Shown here: positions 29,491 through 39,501 of the stretch, piece after piece
Numbering within the stretch: position 1 is the stretch's first letter
Layout: every line of letters starts with the position of its first letter
Assembly (NCBI GenBank): GCA_963786955.1
Contig: CAWBAT010000004.1
Location: 480,001-544,000, forward strand
Direction of reading: 5' to 3'
DNA: 64,000 nt
From: an uncultured Acidimicrobiia bacterium
Lineage (GTDB): Bacteria; Acidobacteriota; Terriglobia; Versatilivoradales; Versatilivoraceae
The notes under the pieces: generated by a model
Told to the model about the DNA's origin: nothing
The model's database searches: none
Seen by the model: the letters and a program-made list of their open reading frames with translations, nothing else
Program-made: the position numbers and the translations under genes

Positions 29491-31047
29491 TTAGCGCAAG
29501 GAGAAATTGACTTCGATATTCAGCGCCACGTCGACTGGAGCGCCATTCTTCATCCCGGGGCGAAACTTCCACTGCCTTAAAGCGGCAATGGCATTTTCAT
29601 CGAGACCCAGCCCGAGTCCGCGGACGACGCGTTGAATCTCAATCGTTCCATCTTTTCGAACAATGGCGGAAAGGACGACAACCCCCTGGTATTTGGCTTT
29701 CCGCGCCTCTTCTGAATAAGTCGGCTCAATGCGGAACACGACAGAAGGAGCGGAAACACCGCCACCTACGCGGAAAACACCTCCTCCGACACCTCCACCT
29801 TCACCTGGACCGTAACCTCCACCCTTCCCTGGACCAACCCCACCGCCTGTGCCAGTCCCTATTCCGCCGCCCGTGCCAGGACCGCTGGAAGGGGGGCCTG
29901 GAATTCCCAGCGGGTCGCCATAGTTAGGCAAGTTCACATTAGGCAATTGCGCCAATGTTGGAACAATCAATGTCGGTTCGACGGGCAGAACTGGATCTAG
30001 ATTGACGATCTTTGGCGTTGGAGGAGTCAACTGTTTATCAGACAGCTTTGGCAATTTCCCCTTCGAGGCAGGAGTTGGTTCTCTCCGCCCGCCCCCACCG
30101 CCACCGCCAGCCTTTTCAGGCTTGGGAGGCATGTTGACGAGCCCGGTGGGTTCTACTAACAAGACATGAGTGGTATTTGCCTGATTGTTCTGCCTGCCCT
30201 TCATGATGAGACTCGGCACCAAGATAATTGCCACGACCATGGAGATGTGAATGATTGTTGAGTAGACTAAGGATGTGGAGCGAAATTTATATTCTTTGAA
30301 AATCTCATCGACTTCAACGGGCTGGGCGGTTAAATGGATGTCAGGCCGTTCTTCTCGGACAAATAAATACTTAATCTGGGAAAAGACCGTCAAGTACCAA
30401 GGCTTCGTCTCGAGAATGAGGTCTGTGTCGATGGGTTTCGAAGAAATAGCATAATTCTTGGCTTCGGGGCGAAATACTGATTTCAGGTTTCCCTTGAGGG
30501 TCTTGTACCAGGGAACCGCCTCGACCATCAGATTCGTTTCGAGTGGTCTGGAGGTAATGTGATACACCTTCGTCTCATTAACAAATAGAGACTTCAGGTT
30601 ATTCAAGAAAGCTTTGAGCCGGGAATCGACTTGTAATTGGAGGTTCAGGTCCGGCAGAAGAATTGGAGCGGAATGATCAATGGGGCGGCTGGATTCGTGG
30701 TGGAGATTGGCATCAGAGACAGCTTCAAGTGCGGAAACTGACCGAACAACAGGGACCTCAGGGATTGGCTCGATTTCAACCGCGGCAGAGCGGCTAGCGG
30801 GCTGCCACGTCGCTTGCGCGCCTACCCCTGATGCAGTCACTAATGGCTGCACTGGAGTCTGAAGAACTCGGGCAGGTCCAGCCTGTGCTGGGCTAAGGCT
30901 TAAATTGTATAAATTTTGGCGAGCTTCTTCCAGCTTCCGCTGAAGCATCCCCAACTTTTCGGAACTTGTATTCGAGTTACTTCCTGCTTCTTGAAGAGCG
31001 GACTCTAAGAACTTAATGAGATCCTTTTGTTCTTCAATTTGATTCAT
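29491..31047 (-). CDS. TonB family energy transducer with long repeat-containing N-terminal extension
   Basis: TM with SxxxH (STIIH), GGGGGGG/Pro-Gly linker, TonB_C (PTYSEEARKAK...LDENAIAALRQWKFRPG). Confidence 0.9.
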   Translation of the reverse strand: MNQIEEQKDLIKFLESALQEAGSNSNTSSEKLGMLQRKLEEARQNLYNLSLSPAQAGPARVLQTPVQPLVTASGVGAQATWQPASRSAAVEIEPIPEVPVVRSVSALEAVSDANLHHESSRPIDHSAPILLPDLNLQLQVDSRLKAFLNNLKSLFVNETKVYHITSRPLETNLMVEAVPWYKTLKGNLKSVFRPEAKNYAISSKPIDTDLILETKPWYLTVFSQIKYLFVREERPDIHLTAQPVEVDEIFKEYKFRSTSLVYSTIIHISMVVAIILVPSLIMKGRQNNQANTTHVLLVEPTGLVNMPPKPEKAGGGGGGGRREPTPASKGKLPKLSDKQLTPPTPKIVNLDPVLPVEPTLIVPTLAQLPNVNLPNYGDPLGIPGPPSSGPGTGGGIGTGTGGGVGPGKGGGYGPGEGGGVGGGVFRVGGGVSAPSVVFRIEPTYSEEARKAKYQGVVVLSAIVRKDGTIEIQRVVRGLGLGLDENAIAALRQWKFRPGMKNGAPVDVALNIEVNFSLR

Positions 31048-31345
31048 GTACACTCCACTGGCTAGCTGCTAGAGGGAACCTTAACAAGCAAATTAGACGA
31101 AAAAGCCCCCCCTTGCGTTGTACGAGGGCCAAAAAAATTCATCTATTAGGGTATATGCTCAAGGAAAAGTGTCCCGCTGAGTAACCTCTCGATAATTCTA
31201 GCAGAAAGTTCCCTTTTGAAAAGCAAATTGTGCTCTTCGAGAAAGGTCGTCCAGCCCTCCTCGCAAATCCCAGTGGTGCCCGAAGAACCCCAATGGAGAC
31301 AATGCCTTGATCAGCTGTCAATCATTAACTCATATTGCCCATTCA

Positions 31346-31374
31346 TGGACAATTTTCGCGACATCGACTATAAT
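31346..31374 (+). promoter_or_regulatory. Sigma70-type promoter of the ileS operon
   Basis: TGGACA-N17-TATAAT. Confidence 0.65.
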
Positions 31375-31433
31375 TCGCGTCTTTTTAGAATACCCCGATC
31401 AGCCCGATGGAAGGGAATGACAAGGGAGTCAAA

Positions 31434-34241
31434 GTGGAGCTAAAAGAAACACTCAATCTGCCAAAAACTGCATTCCCCATGAAAGCCAACCTTTCGACAA
31501 CCGAGCCCCAGATTCTACAAAGATGGGAAAGCTTGAAATTATACGAAAGCATACGCCAGCACCATGCCCATTTCCCTGTTTTTACTCTTCACGATGGGCC
31601 ACCCTACGCCAATGGAAACATCCATTTGGGCCATGCAGAGAACAAGATTCTCAAAGACTTCATTGTGAAATCCAGGAATATGTTGGGATTTAACGCCCCT
31701 TACATTCCGGGTTGGGATTGTCATGGCCTCCCAATCGAAATCAAAGTGGACCAGGCTCTGGGAAAGAAGAAATCCTCCCTTTCTCTCACCGAAGTACGCC
31801 AGGCCTGTCGAGAGTATGCGGAGAAGTACGTCGGGTTACAACAACAGGAATTCAAAAGGTTAGGTATTCTGGGTGAATGGGACCGTCCCTATCTGACCAT
31901 GAGTTATGATTATGAAGCCGCAATTGCTCGGACCTTCGCTACTTTTGTCGAAAAGGGCTACATCTACAAAGGGCTGAAGCCTGTCCATTGGTGTATCTCA
32001 TGCCAAACTGCGTTAGCTGAAGCGGAAGTGGAGTATGAGAATCATACGAGCCCATCCATCTACGTCAAATTCCCAGTGGCATCGGACCTCTCCTTTCTTG
32101 CTCCTGATTTAGCAGGGAAACGGATCTACGTCATCATTTGGACCACAACGCCGTGGACTTTGCCCGCCAACCTGGGGATCGCATTCAACTCGCATTTAGA
32201 ATACTCCGCAGTGGAAGTGGGCGAAGAAGTCTACATCATGGCTAGCGACCTGATCGAGGCGACGGCAAAACAATGTGGATTTACTCCCGGACATGTCGTT
32301 GCTCAATTCCCCGGATCAAGTCTGGAACGACTGAAAGCCCGACACGCTTTCCTGGAACGAGATTCTCTTTTCGTCCTTGGCGACCATGTGACGCTGGAGC
32401 AGGGCACGGGTTGCGTCCATACCGCGCCGGGGCACGGGCACGAAGACTACGTGACTGGAAAGATATACGGTCTAGACATCTATTGCCCGGTCAACAGTGT
32501 AGGACAGTTCGTGGAAGGAACTGAACATTTCGCCGGAATGAATGTCTTTAAAGCAAACCCGGTCGTTGTGGAGCTTCTTCAATCCAAAGGCGCCTTACTC
32601 GCAAGCGAAAATCTGACTCATTCCTACCCGCACTGCTGGCGGTGTCATCATCCGGTTATTTTCCGGGCTACCCCCCAATGGTTTATTTCCATGGACCATG
32701 CAAACTTGCGGCAGTTGTCTTTGGAGGAAATCCGAAAAGTACGATGGATACCTGAATGGGGCGAAGAACGCATCTCGAATATGGTTTCGAGCCGCCCGGA
32801 CTGGTGTATTTCGCGTCAACGCGTCTGGGGTGTGCCCATCATCATATTTTATTGCGATTCCTGCAATGAGCCGATCCTGGAAAAGAAGTTTATGGATCGG
32901 GTTGTGGAGATCTTCGAACGAGAAGGATCCGATGCTTGGTTTCATCATCCTCCTGCCGAATTGTTGCCGCCGGGCGCTGTTTGTCCTCATTGCGGAGTAG
33001 CCAATTTCCGTAAGGAAACGGATATTTTGGACGTGTGGTTCGACTCGGGGTCCAGTCACCAAGCCGTGTTGGGGAAACGAGGTGATCTCCCATGGCCGGC
33101 GGATGTCTACATTGAGGGGGGCGATCAGTATCGCGGGTGGTTTCAGAGCTCACTACTGGTTGGAATGGGAGTGCACAATCAGGCACCCTACCGGCAGGTT
33201 CTCACTCATGGCTGGACGTTGGATGCGGAAGGAAAAGCCATGTCCAAATCGCTGGGAAACGTGATTGAACCACAAGCGGTCGTTAAGGATAATGGGGCAG
33301 AGATATTGCGCGCCTGGGTCGCCGCCAGTGACTTCAAAGAGGATGTGCGCATCTCCAAAGACATGCTGGGGCGGCTCTCCGAATTTTACCGTCGATTTCG
33401 GAATTCGGCTCGATGGATGCTGGCAAACCTTTATGACTTTTCCCCGCAGAGAGATACCGTCCCTCCGTCTTCTCTATCACAGATTGATCAATGGGCCCTC
33501 AACCAAACTGCTTCTCTGCTGAAAAAAATCGCAGGCTGGTACGAGGATTACGAGTTCCATCGCATCTTTCATGCGGTGAACGAATTTGTAACCGTCCAAT
33601 TGAGTGCCCTTTATTTCGATATTTTGAAAGATCGGCTCTACACTGCAGCCCCCAATTCGTTGCTTCGCCGCTCTTCTCAGACGGCGCTGTACCGAATTCT
33701 CGAAGCCCTCACCCGGGCTATGGCTCCCATATATAGCTTTACCTGCGACGAGATTTGGCAGTGCCTCTCTCAGTTTGAGAGCCGGGAGGCCAGTGTCCAC
33801 ATGGCCTCGTTCACGCAGCCGGATGCGCTGATAGCTGGAATCTCTCCCGAAGCACTCGTTCAGTTAAAAGACTGGGACAGGCTCATCGAACTCAGAGGAG
33901 AGGTTCTGAAGATCCTGGAGACAGCGAGGAAGGACAAGTTCCTGGGGAGCGCTCAGGAAGCCAAAGTACAGCTCGCGGGCAAGCCTGAGATCCTTGAGCT
34001 CCTCAAGAATTACCAGGCTTCCTTGCCCGCCCTTTTTATCGTGTCTCAAGTGGAAATCAAGGACGAATTGTCCAAAGGAACTTATTTCCTGGACAACGGG
34101 GAGATGCAGGTTTTGATCCTGCGCGCCGAGGGTCAGAAATGCGAGCGTTGCTGGAACTATTCGCTACAAGTCGGTCAGGATCCAAAATTCCAGACGGTCT
34201 GCGAAAAGTGTTCGGCCTCGTTAAAAGAAATGGGATTATGA
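31434..34241 (+). CDS. ileS: Isoleucine-tRNA ligase (type 1)
   Basis: GPPYANG, HLGH, WTTTPWT, AMSKS, C-terminal CERC..CEKC; GTG start after GGGAG. Confidence 0.98.
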   Translation: MELKETLNLPKTAFPMKANLSTTEPQILQRWESLKLYESIRQHHAHFPVFTLHDGPPYANGNIHLGHAENKILKDFIVKSRNMLGFNAPYIPGWDCHGLPIEIKVDQALGKKKSSLSLTEVRQACREYAEKYVGLQQQEFKRLGILGEWDRPYLTMSYDYEAAIARTFATFVEKGYIYKGLKPVHWCISCQTALAEAEVEYENHTSPSIYVKFPVASDLSFLAPDLAGKRIYVIIWTTTPWTLPANLGIAFNSHLEYSAVEVGEEVYIMASDLIEATAKQCGFTPGHVVAQFPGSSLERLKARHAFLERDSLFVLGDHVTLEQGTGCVHTAPGHGHEDYVTGKIYGLDIYCPVNSVGQFVEGTEHFAGMNVFKANPVVVELLQSKGALLASENLTHSYPHCWRCHHPVIFRATPQWFISMDHANLRQLSLEEIRKVRWIPEWGEERISNMVSSRPDWCISRQRVWGVPIIIFYCDSCNEPILEKKFMDRVVEIFEREGSDAWFHHPPAELLPPGAVCPHCGVANFRKETDILDVWFDSGSSHQAVLGKRGDLPWPADVYIEGGDQYRGWFQSSLLVGMGVHNQAPYRQVLTHGWTLDAEGKAMSKSLGNVIEPQAVVKDNGAEILRAWVAASDFKEDVRISKDMLGRLSEFYRRFRNSARWMLANLYDFSPQRDTVPPSSLSQIDQWALNQTASLLKKIAGWYEDYEFHRIFHAVNEFVTVQLSALYFDILKDRLYTAAPNSLLRRSSQTALYRILEALTRAMAPIYSFTCDEIWQCLSQFESREASVHMASFTQPDALIAGISPEALVQLKDWDRLIELRGEVLKILETARKDKFLGSAQEAKVQLAGKPEILELLKNYQASLPALFIVSQVEIKDELSKGTYFLDNGEMQVLILRAEGQKCERCWNYSLQVGQDPKFQTVCEKCSASLKEMGL

Positions 34242-34741
34242 CTCGGTATTTTTACTTCCTCATTCCGCCAATTCTTTTTGCTTTAGATCGATGGACGAAA
34301 GCCCTCATTGAGAGCCACCTCGCTTTGTTTCAGTCGCAGCCTGTGGTACCGGGGTTTGTCGACTTGACTCATACACGCAACACAGGGATTGCCTTTGGCC
34401 TGTTGGCGAACAGTAATTCGCCCTGGATGCCAACCGTCCTCACGCTCTCTTCAGCTCTGGCGCTCATCCTCATCTTGTTCTTTTCGCTGAGACAACCGGC
34501 TAGCAATTGGAAACTCCAGATCGGGCTGATGCTGGTGCTAGGCGGGGCTGCAGGAAATCTCTTTGATCGACTGTCCTATGGATATGTCATCGATTTTATC
34601 GATGTCTTCTACAGAAACTATCACTGGCCAACCTTTAACGTGGCAGATAGCTCTATCTCGGTAGGCATTGGGTTGTTACTGCTCGAAGCACTGACCCAGA
34701 AAAACCCAATGGAAAAGGCAGACACGATTCTCATTAAATAA
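34238..34741 (+). CDS. lspA: Lipoprotein signal peptidase II
   Basis: NTGIAFG, GNLFDR, VIDF, FNVAD; ATGA overlap with ileS. Confidence 0.96.
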   Translation: MTRYFYFLIPPILFALDRWTKALIESHLALFQSQPVVPGFVDLTHTRNTGIAFGLLANSNSPWMPTVLTLSSALALILILFFSLRQPASNWKLQIGLMLVLGGAAGNLFDRLSYGYVIDFIDVFYRNYHWPTFNVADSSISVGIGLLLLEALTQKNPMEKADTILIK

Positions 34742-34811
34742 TATGGTGTAGTGGCCTCTCTTAGAAGGGCTCATCCGTCCCCAGAAACAGACGCAATGTC
34801 AAAGGTCAAAC

Positions 34812-35621
34812 TTGTTCCCTAAACTTTTCGAATATTCCTGGCTTGTCATTCATACCTATGGATTTCTCCTCGCCTTGGGTTTCGTCTCAGGGCTGTATGT
34901 GAGCGCCCGAGCGGCCCAGCGGGAAGGGATAAACCCTGCTAAGGTTTATGATCTCGGATTGTATATCGCCATCAGTTCCCTCGTGGGGGCCAAGCTGCTG
35001 CTAATCATCACCGAGTATGCATACTACTCGGAAAATCCCGCCGAAATTTTTTCTCTGGCAACCTTGAGGTCGGGAGGCGTTTATTATGGGGGATTCCTGG
35101 TAGCGGCCACGGTAGGAATCAGCCTCGTGCGATATCAAAAGCTTCCCGTCTGGAAAATGACCGACATTTTTTCTCCGGGAATTGCGTTGGGACAATCGAT
35201 TGGCAGGCTTGGATGTTTTGCCGCCGGATGCTGCTATGGTCGGCCAACCCTATCGTTGTTTGGAGTCACCTTCAAAAACCCTTACAGCCAAGACACTGTC
35301 GGCGTACCATTGAATATTCCTCTCCATCCTGCACAGCTTTACGAAGCAGCCACGAATCTGGTAATTTTTTTTCTTCTTTGGACAACCCTGAAAAAGAAGA
35401 GATTTGATGGTCAGGTTTTCATTCTCTATCTCGTGTATTACTCAACCAGTCGATTTGTCATCGAATTTTTCCGCGGCGACCCGGAAAGAGGCTTCCTGTT
35501 TAATGGGCTACTTTCTACTTCTCAATTTATCAGCCTGGTCTTGCTGGTTTGTGCGGCCGTCCTGTATGTCGCATTGAAACGGCTGCAACTTCCGAACCAG
35601 GTTCCGGCTCGATCGAAGTGA
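34812..35621 (+). CDS. lgt: Prolipoprotein diacylglyceryl transferase
   Basis: HTYG, YYGG, GRLGCF, HPAQLYE, RFVIEFFR. Confidence 0.95.
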   Translation: MFPKLFEYSWLVIHTYGFLLALGFVSGLYVSARAAQREGINPAKVYDLGLYIAISSLVGAKLLLIITEYAYYSENPAEIFSLATLRSGGVYYGGFLVAATVGISLVRYQKLPVWKMTDIFSPGIALGQSIGRLGCFAAGCCYGRPTLSLFGVTFKNPYSQDTVGVPLNIPLHPAQLYEAATNLVIFFLLWTTLKKKRFDGQVFILYLVYYSTSRFVIEFFRGDPERGFLFNGLLSTSQFISLVLLVCAAVLYVALKRLQLPNQVPARSK

Positions 35622-36610
35622 CCCCCTCCATCGAATTACGCACTTTCATTGCAGAAGAACCCGATCATCATCACCGTTTGGATCATTTCCTTTGCAGCCA
35701 ACTGCCGGAACGTAGTCGTTCGCAGATCCAGAAATGGATTGATGAGGGATGTGTCCTCGTCGACGGAATCACGGTTAAGCGGAGTTATAAGATTCGCGGC
35801 AGCGAAAAAATCACCGTTAATATCCCTTCCCCGACCCCGCCGGCTGGCTTTGCTGAAGACATTCCTCTCAGTATCCTCTATGAAGACGCTGACCTGGCTA
35901 TCATCAACAAACCGGCTGGGATGGTCGTCCATGTGGGAGCCGGCGTCAGGCAAGGGACTCTAGTGAATGCTCTGCTCAGCCACTTCTCCGAGCTTTCAGA
36001 GAGCGGGGGGCATGAACGCCCCGGAATTGTTCATCGTCTGGACAAACAAACTTCGGGGCTACTCGTCGTGGCCAAAAACAATTTGAGCCATGTGAACCTT
36101 TCCAAACAGTTTCAATTCCGGTCTGTAAAGAAGCACTATTGGGCCTTGGTTCATGGACTCTTCGAAAAACCGCGTGGAGAAATCAAAACCCCAATAGGGA
36201 GAGATGCTCGCAATCGAGTCAAGATGACGACCCGATCAAATCGAGGACGAGAAGCTTATACGTCCTTTGAGGTTGTCGAAGAGCTGGTCAATTTCTCTCT
36301 CGTTCGTCTCCATATTCGAACAGGCAGAACTCATCAGATCCGGGTCCACTTGGCGTCGGTTAGCCATCCGGTTGTGGGAGACACCCTCTATGGCGCTCCT
36401 TCCCGAATCCAATTACCCGGGACAAACCAAGGGGTTCTAACCCTGAACAGAAATTTTCTGCATGCCTACTCGCTTGAGTTCGCGCATCCCCGGAGCGGAG
36501 AGTGGCTTTCGTTTAGCTGCGAGCTTCCCCCTGAATTGTCTCAGATCCTCGCCAAGTTGCGAGAGGCCCACTTGGAAAAAAAGAACCCGTTAGAAGGGAT
36601 TGAACGTTAA
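35618..36610 (+). CDS. rluD: RluA-family 23S rRNA pseudouridine synthase with S4 domain
   Basis: RLDHFL S4, NKPAG, HRLDKQTSG, GRTHQIRVH; GTGA overlap start. Confidence 0.9.
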   Translation: MTPSIELRTFIAEEPDHHHRLDHFLCSQLPERSRSQIQKWIDEGCVLVDGITVKRSYKIRGSEKITVNIPSPTPPAGFAEDIPLSILYEDADLAIINKPAGMVVHVGAGVRQGTLVNALLSHFSELSESGGHERPGIVHRLDKQTSGLLVVAKNNLSHVNLSKQFQFRSVKKHYWALVHGLFEKPRGEIKTPIGRDARNRVKMTTRSNRGREAYTSFEVVEELVNFSLVRLHIRTGRTHQIRVHLASVSHPVVGDTLYGAPSRIQLPGTNQGVLTLNRNFLHAYSLEFAHPRSGEWLSFSCELPPELSQILAKLREAHLEKKNPLEGIER

Positions 36611-36679
36611 CTAGGCTGAAGCGGGTATCAGAGTTGATTTTTGAATCTGCAGCTTTATGTAACTGAAGAGGAGAAAAGC

Positions 36680-36963
36680 CGCGGACCCAAATATCGGGTC
36701 CGCGCTACACTCGGACAAAACCGCAGCGCAGTGACCTGCCTTTAGAACCTAATATTCGTTAAAATCAGAGCTCCATTAGGAGCGGCCCTTTGGCGTTTGT
36801 GCTGCGTCGAATGAACCCACAGCCGAAAACGGCGTCGCGGAGCTTGGCCCTCCAGACCAGAAGCGGTGGGAATCTCATAAAAAAACTCAAGGTCTTATAA
36901 CAGCGTATTTTCTGCGGCCCCGAAAAGCCCACGACGAATTCAAAATCAATTCGTCGTGGCTAC
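36680..36963 (-). repeat. Two same-orientation GTAG REP-like hairpins (36680-36708 and 36929-36963)
   Basis: GTAG-CGCGGACCC-GATATTT-GGGTCCGCG and GTAG-CCACGACGAATT-GATTTTG-AATTCGTCGTGG, both followed by GCTTTTC. Confidence 0.7.
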
Positions 36964-36993
36964 AAATCTTGTGCCTTCGGCAAGGGGACTGGG

Positions 36994-37022
36994 TTGACGG
37001 GTCTCTGTCATCCGCCTATAAT
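36994..37022 (+). promoter_or_regulatory. Sigma70-type promoter
   Basis: TTGACG-N17-TATAAT. Confidence 0.7.
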
Positions 37023-37073
37023 CCAGGCATCCCTCATCATCAGCGGGGAAAGAGAAAGGGTAGAGGCAGAGGC

Positions 37074-38033
37074 ATGAAATCAAATTGTTTATTGAAGTTC
37101 CTGGCTTTGATGGCACTCATCATTTTTCTTTCCAAGGGAGAATGGCCTTTTCAGTTTCTCTCAAAGGTCGATGCCGCAGAGGATAACCCCTCTGGTAACA
37201 AAGAGATTGCCATTGATGTGGACCTTGTCAACTTTCCCTTATCTGCTTTAGACAAGAAAGGTGTTCCCGTCAAAGATCTTCGCCAGGACGAGATCAAGGT
37301 TTTTGAGGATAACGAACTCCAACGGATCACGAATTTCTCTCATGACCCAGATGCTCCCCTTGCGATTGCCCTGGTTATTGATACGAGCACCAGCTCCCGG
37401 GTCAAGTTTAAGGTTGAACAGGATGCGGCCATTGACTTTGCTCAAACGGCCGTTCGCCGCAAGAAGGATAGTTGCCTTCTGATGAGCTTTGATTCCACGA
37501 TCGATTTATTGCAGCCGTTCACGGACGATCCGGACCTTTTGACACGCGCCATCAAACGGCTAAAGACCGGCGGTGGAACGAAGATGTTCGATGCAATTCA
37601 CAAGGCCTGCCAAGAATACTTGGTGAAGGAGCGGGGTAAACGTCGCGTCCTGATCTTAATCAGCGACGGGGACGACAACATGAGCTATGAAACCCTCGAA
37701 TCGACTTTACAGGTCATCTTGCAAACCGATGTTTCCGTCTTCTCAATCAGTACTAATTCCAGCGGATTTTTCGGGATGGAGAATCCCAAACTAGACAAAC
37801 TTTTCAAACGGTTTGCAGAAGAATCTGGAGGGCGAGCCTTCTTCCCAAAAAAGATCGAAGACATGGCCTACAACTTCCGTGACATCACTGAGGAACTGAG
37901 AGACCAATATTCCCTCGCCTACCACACAACCAATAAAACCAAATCTGGGGCGTTCCGAAGCATCAAAGTTGAGTCAACCCGAAAGGATGTGAAATTGAAA
38001 TATCGGAAGGGCTATTACGCGCCTCGTGGGTAA
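37074..38033 (+). CDS. Acidobacteria-type VWA domain protein
   Basis: MKSNCLLK start after AGAGG, DVDLVN, DTSTS, ISDGDD, ELRDQYSLAY, KGYYAP. Confidence 0.88.
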   Translation: MKSNCLLKFLALMALIIFLSKGEWPFQFLSKVDAAEDNPSGNKEIAIDVDLVNFPLSALDKKGVPVKDLRQDEIKVFEDNELQRITNFSHDPDAPLAIALVIDTSTSSRVKFKVEQDAAIDFAQTAVRRKKDSCLLMSFDSTIDLLQPFTDDPDLLTRAIKRLKTGGGTKMFDAIHKACQEYLVKERGKRRVLILISDGDDNMSYETLESTLQVILQTDVSVFSISTNSSGFFGMENPKLDKLFKRFAEESGGRAFFPKKIEDMAYNFRDITEELRDQYSLAYHTTNKTKSGAFRSIKVESTRKDVKLKYRKGYYAPRG

Positions 38034-38171
38034 GTCTTCGAGAATACTATCGGAAGAAGACAAAGAGGAAGAAAAGTACAACGAGGAGCATCATCAAAGG
38101 AATCCAGTAGTGGAATCCTTCTGGTTTCGTGGTTCCAAAGGAAGGTAAGTATTTACCTTCCTTCTTCAAGT

Positions 38172-39092
38172 CTATACTCTCCGAAAGCGAAGTCGGCTGA
38201 TCCGGTTCCTGGGATGGAATTTGTTCTTTGACGTTTGGAGATCAAGGCTGATTTCATCCAGTTCGAAAGAGTCGGCCGAACTGTCTTGCGCCCGAACAGG
38301 TGGTTGATTGGAGGTCGCCTCTTGAGCACCTTCAAATTCTAAGATCGTCTCTTCCTTCAGCGATAACTCTTCTTCGATCTCTTGGGCTCTCTTCTCTTCC
38401 CTAAGGTTGACCTCCTTTTCCAAATCAATTCGAAACGCGTCCAACGCCGCATCAATTTCTTCTGTTTCAATCGCCGCAATGAGCGAAGAATTCGATGTTG
38501 CCGAAGCGGGGGCGCTGGAATGCAAAGTCAGTTTTTGATCAGCCTTCTTGCTGGCCAGAGAGGATTTTCCCACTTCGAAAAGAGATTCTACATCCAGAAG
38601 GTCCTCGTCCGATTGCCCAACCGGTCGCTCCACAGGGGTGGTTGACACCATGCCGGCGGCTTCATCCAGGACATTCGGGAAATCAACCACTCCCTCATCC
38701 TTAACCCCCGAGGCAGGGATTTCAGAGAAGGCTGTCTTGATCACCTTCATCAATAGCCATTTTGGAATAGGTTTTTCCAGGAAATCGATGGCGCCGCACC
38801 CAAAGATGGCCTCTTTGCGGTACTTCTCTGCCTTGTAGATGGCTGAGTACATGACCACTGGTCTGGCCACTCCCAATTGTCCGCTTGTAATTTTCTTGCA
38901 TAGTTCGAATCCATTGAGTTTTGGCAAGAGTGCGGCTGTCAGCACCAAATCAGGGACATTGTGTTGGTAGGTATGTAAAGCCTGCTGGCCATCAGAGACG
39001 GTAAGCAGAGAAAAATCTTCTTCCTTCAGGATATCCTGAATATATTCGATCGAACTCCGTTCATAATCGACGATAAGTATTTTCTTTGACAT
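38172..39092 (-). CDS. Atypical response regulator: pseudo-receiver domain plus acidic low-complexity tail
   Basis: KILIVD, PDLVLTAALLPKLNG (Ala at the phospho-Asp position), FLEKP. Confidence 0.82.
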   Translation of the reverse strand: MSKKILIVDYERSSIEYIQDILKEEDFSLLTVSDGQQALHTYQHNVPDLVLTAALLPKLNGFELCKKITSGQLGVARPVVMYSAIYKAEKYRKEAIFGCGAIDFLEKPIPKWLLMKVIKTAFSEIPASGVKDEGVVDFPNVLDEAAGMVSTTPVERPVGQSDEDLLDVESLFEVGKSSLASKKADQKLTLHSSAPASATSNSSLIAAIETEEIDAALDAFRIDLEKEVNLREEKRAQEIEEELSLKEETILEFEGAQEATSNQPPVRAQDSSADSFELDEISLDLQTSKNKFHPRNRISRLRFRRV

Positions 39093-39501
39093 GCTTAGGC
39101 CTTCTGTCTCTTATGCATCCGCAGAATTATCATCGGGTCAGGGGAGATCCATTAAGACAATAATCCCTTCCTTATTAATGACATCCAATTTCTCTATTCG
39201 GTAAAAGAAGCCTTTAACTTTATTCCTTCCGAAGATTGAGCCGCGTTTTTTCAGTCCACTGTCCAATCTGGGAAACGTATCTGCTTAAATTCCCATTTGA
39301 GTTTGGAACGATGAGGGCCGAATAAGTGTCGACCAAACAACGGCTTGCCATCACCAAAAATGAAAGTTTGTGCGAGTCTGTGGTATGATTTTTAAGACAT
39401 ATTGATTTGTCTGGGGAGTTTTGAATATCGTTCTTCAGTCTACTGCTTGCAGCTTTTTTCAGAGCCGATAAAGTCCGATGAGTCAGCCAAGCTTTCAGAT
39501 C

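Noticed and set aside
29760-30120. GC-rich tandem-like repeats
   Set aside because: They encode the Gly/Pro linker of TonB and are not a DNA repeat element
36611-36990. Possible structured ncRNA (6S, tmRNA, RNase P, SRP) in the long gap after rluD
   Set aside because: No hallmark motifs recognised; the hairpins are better explained as GTAG REP-like repeats. An Rfam search would settle it.
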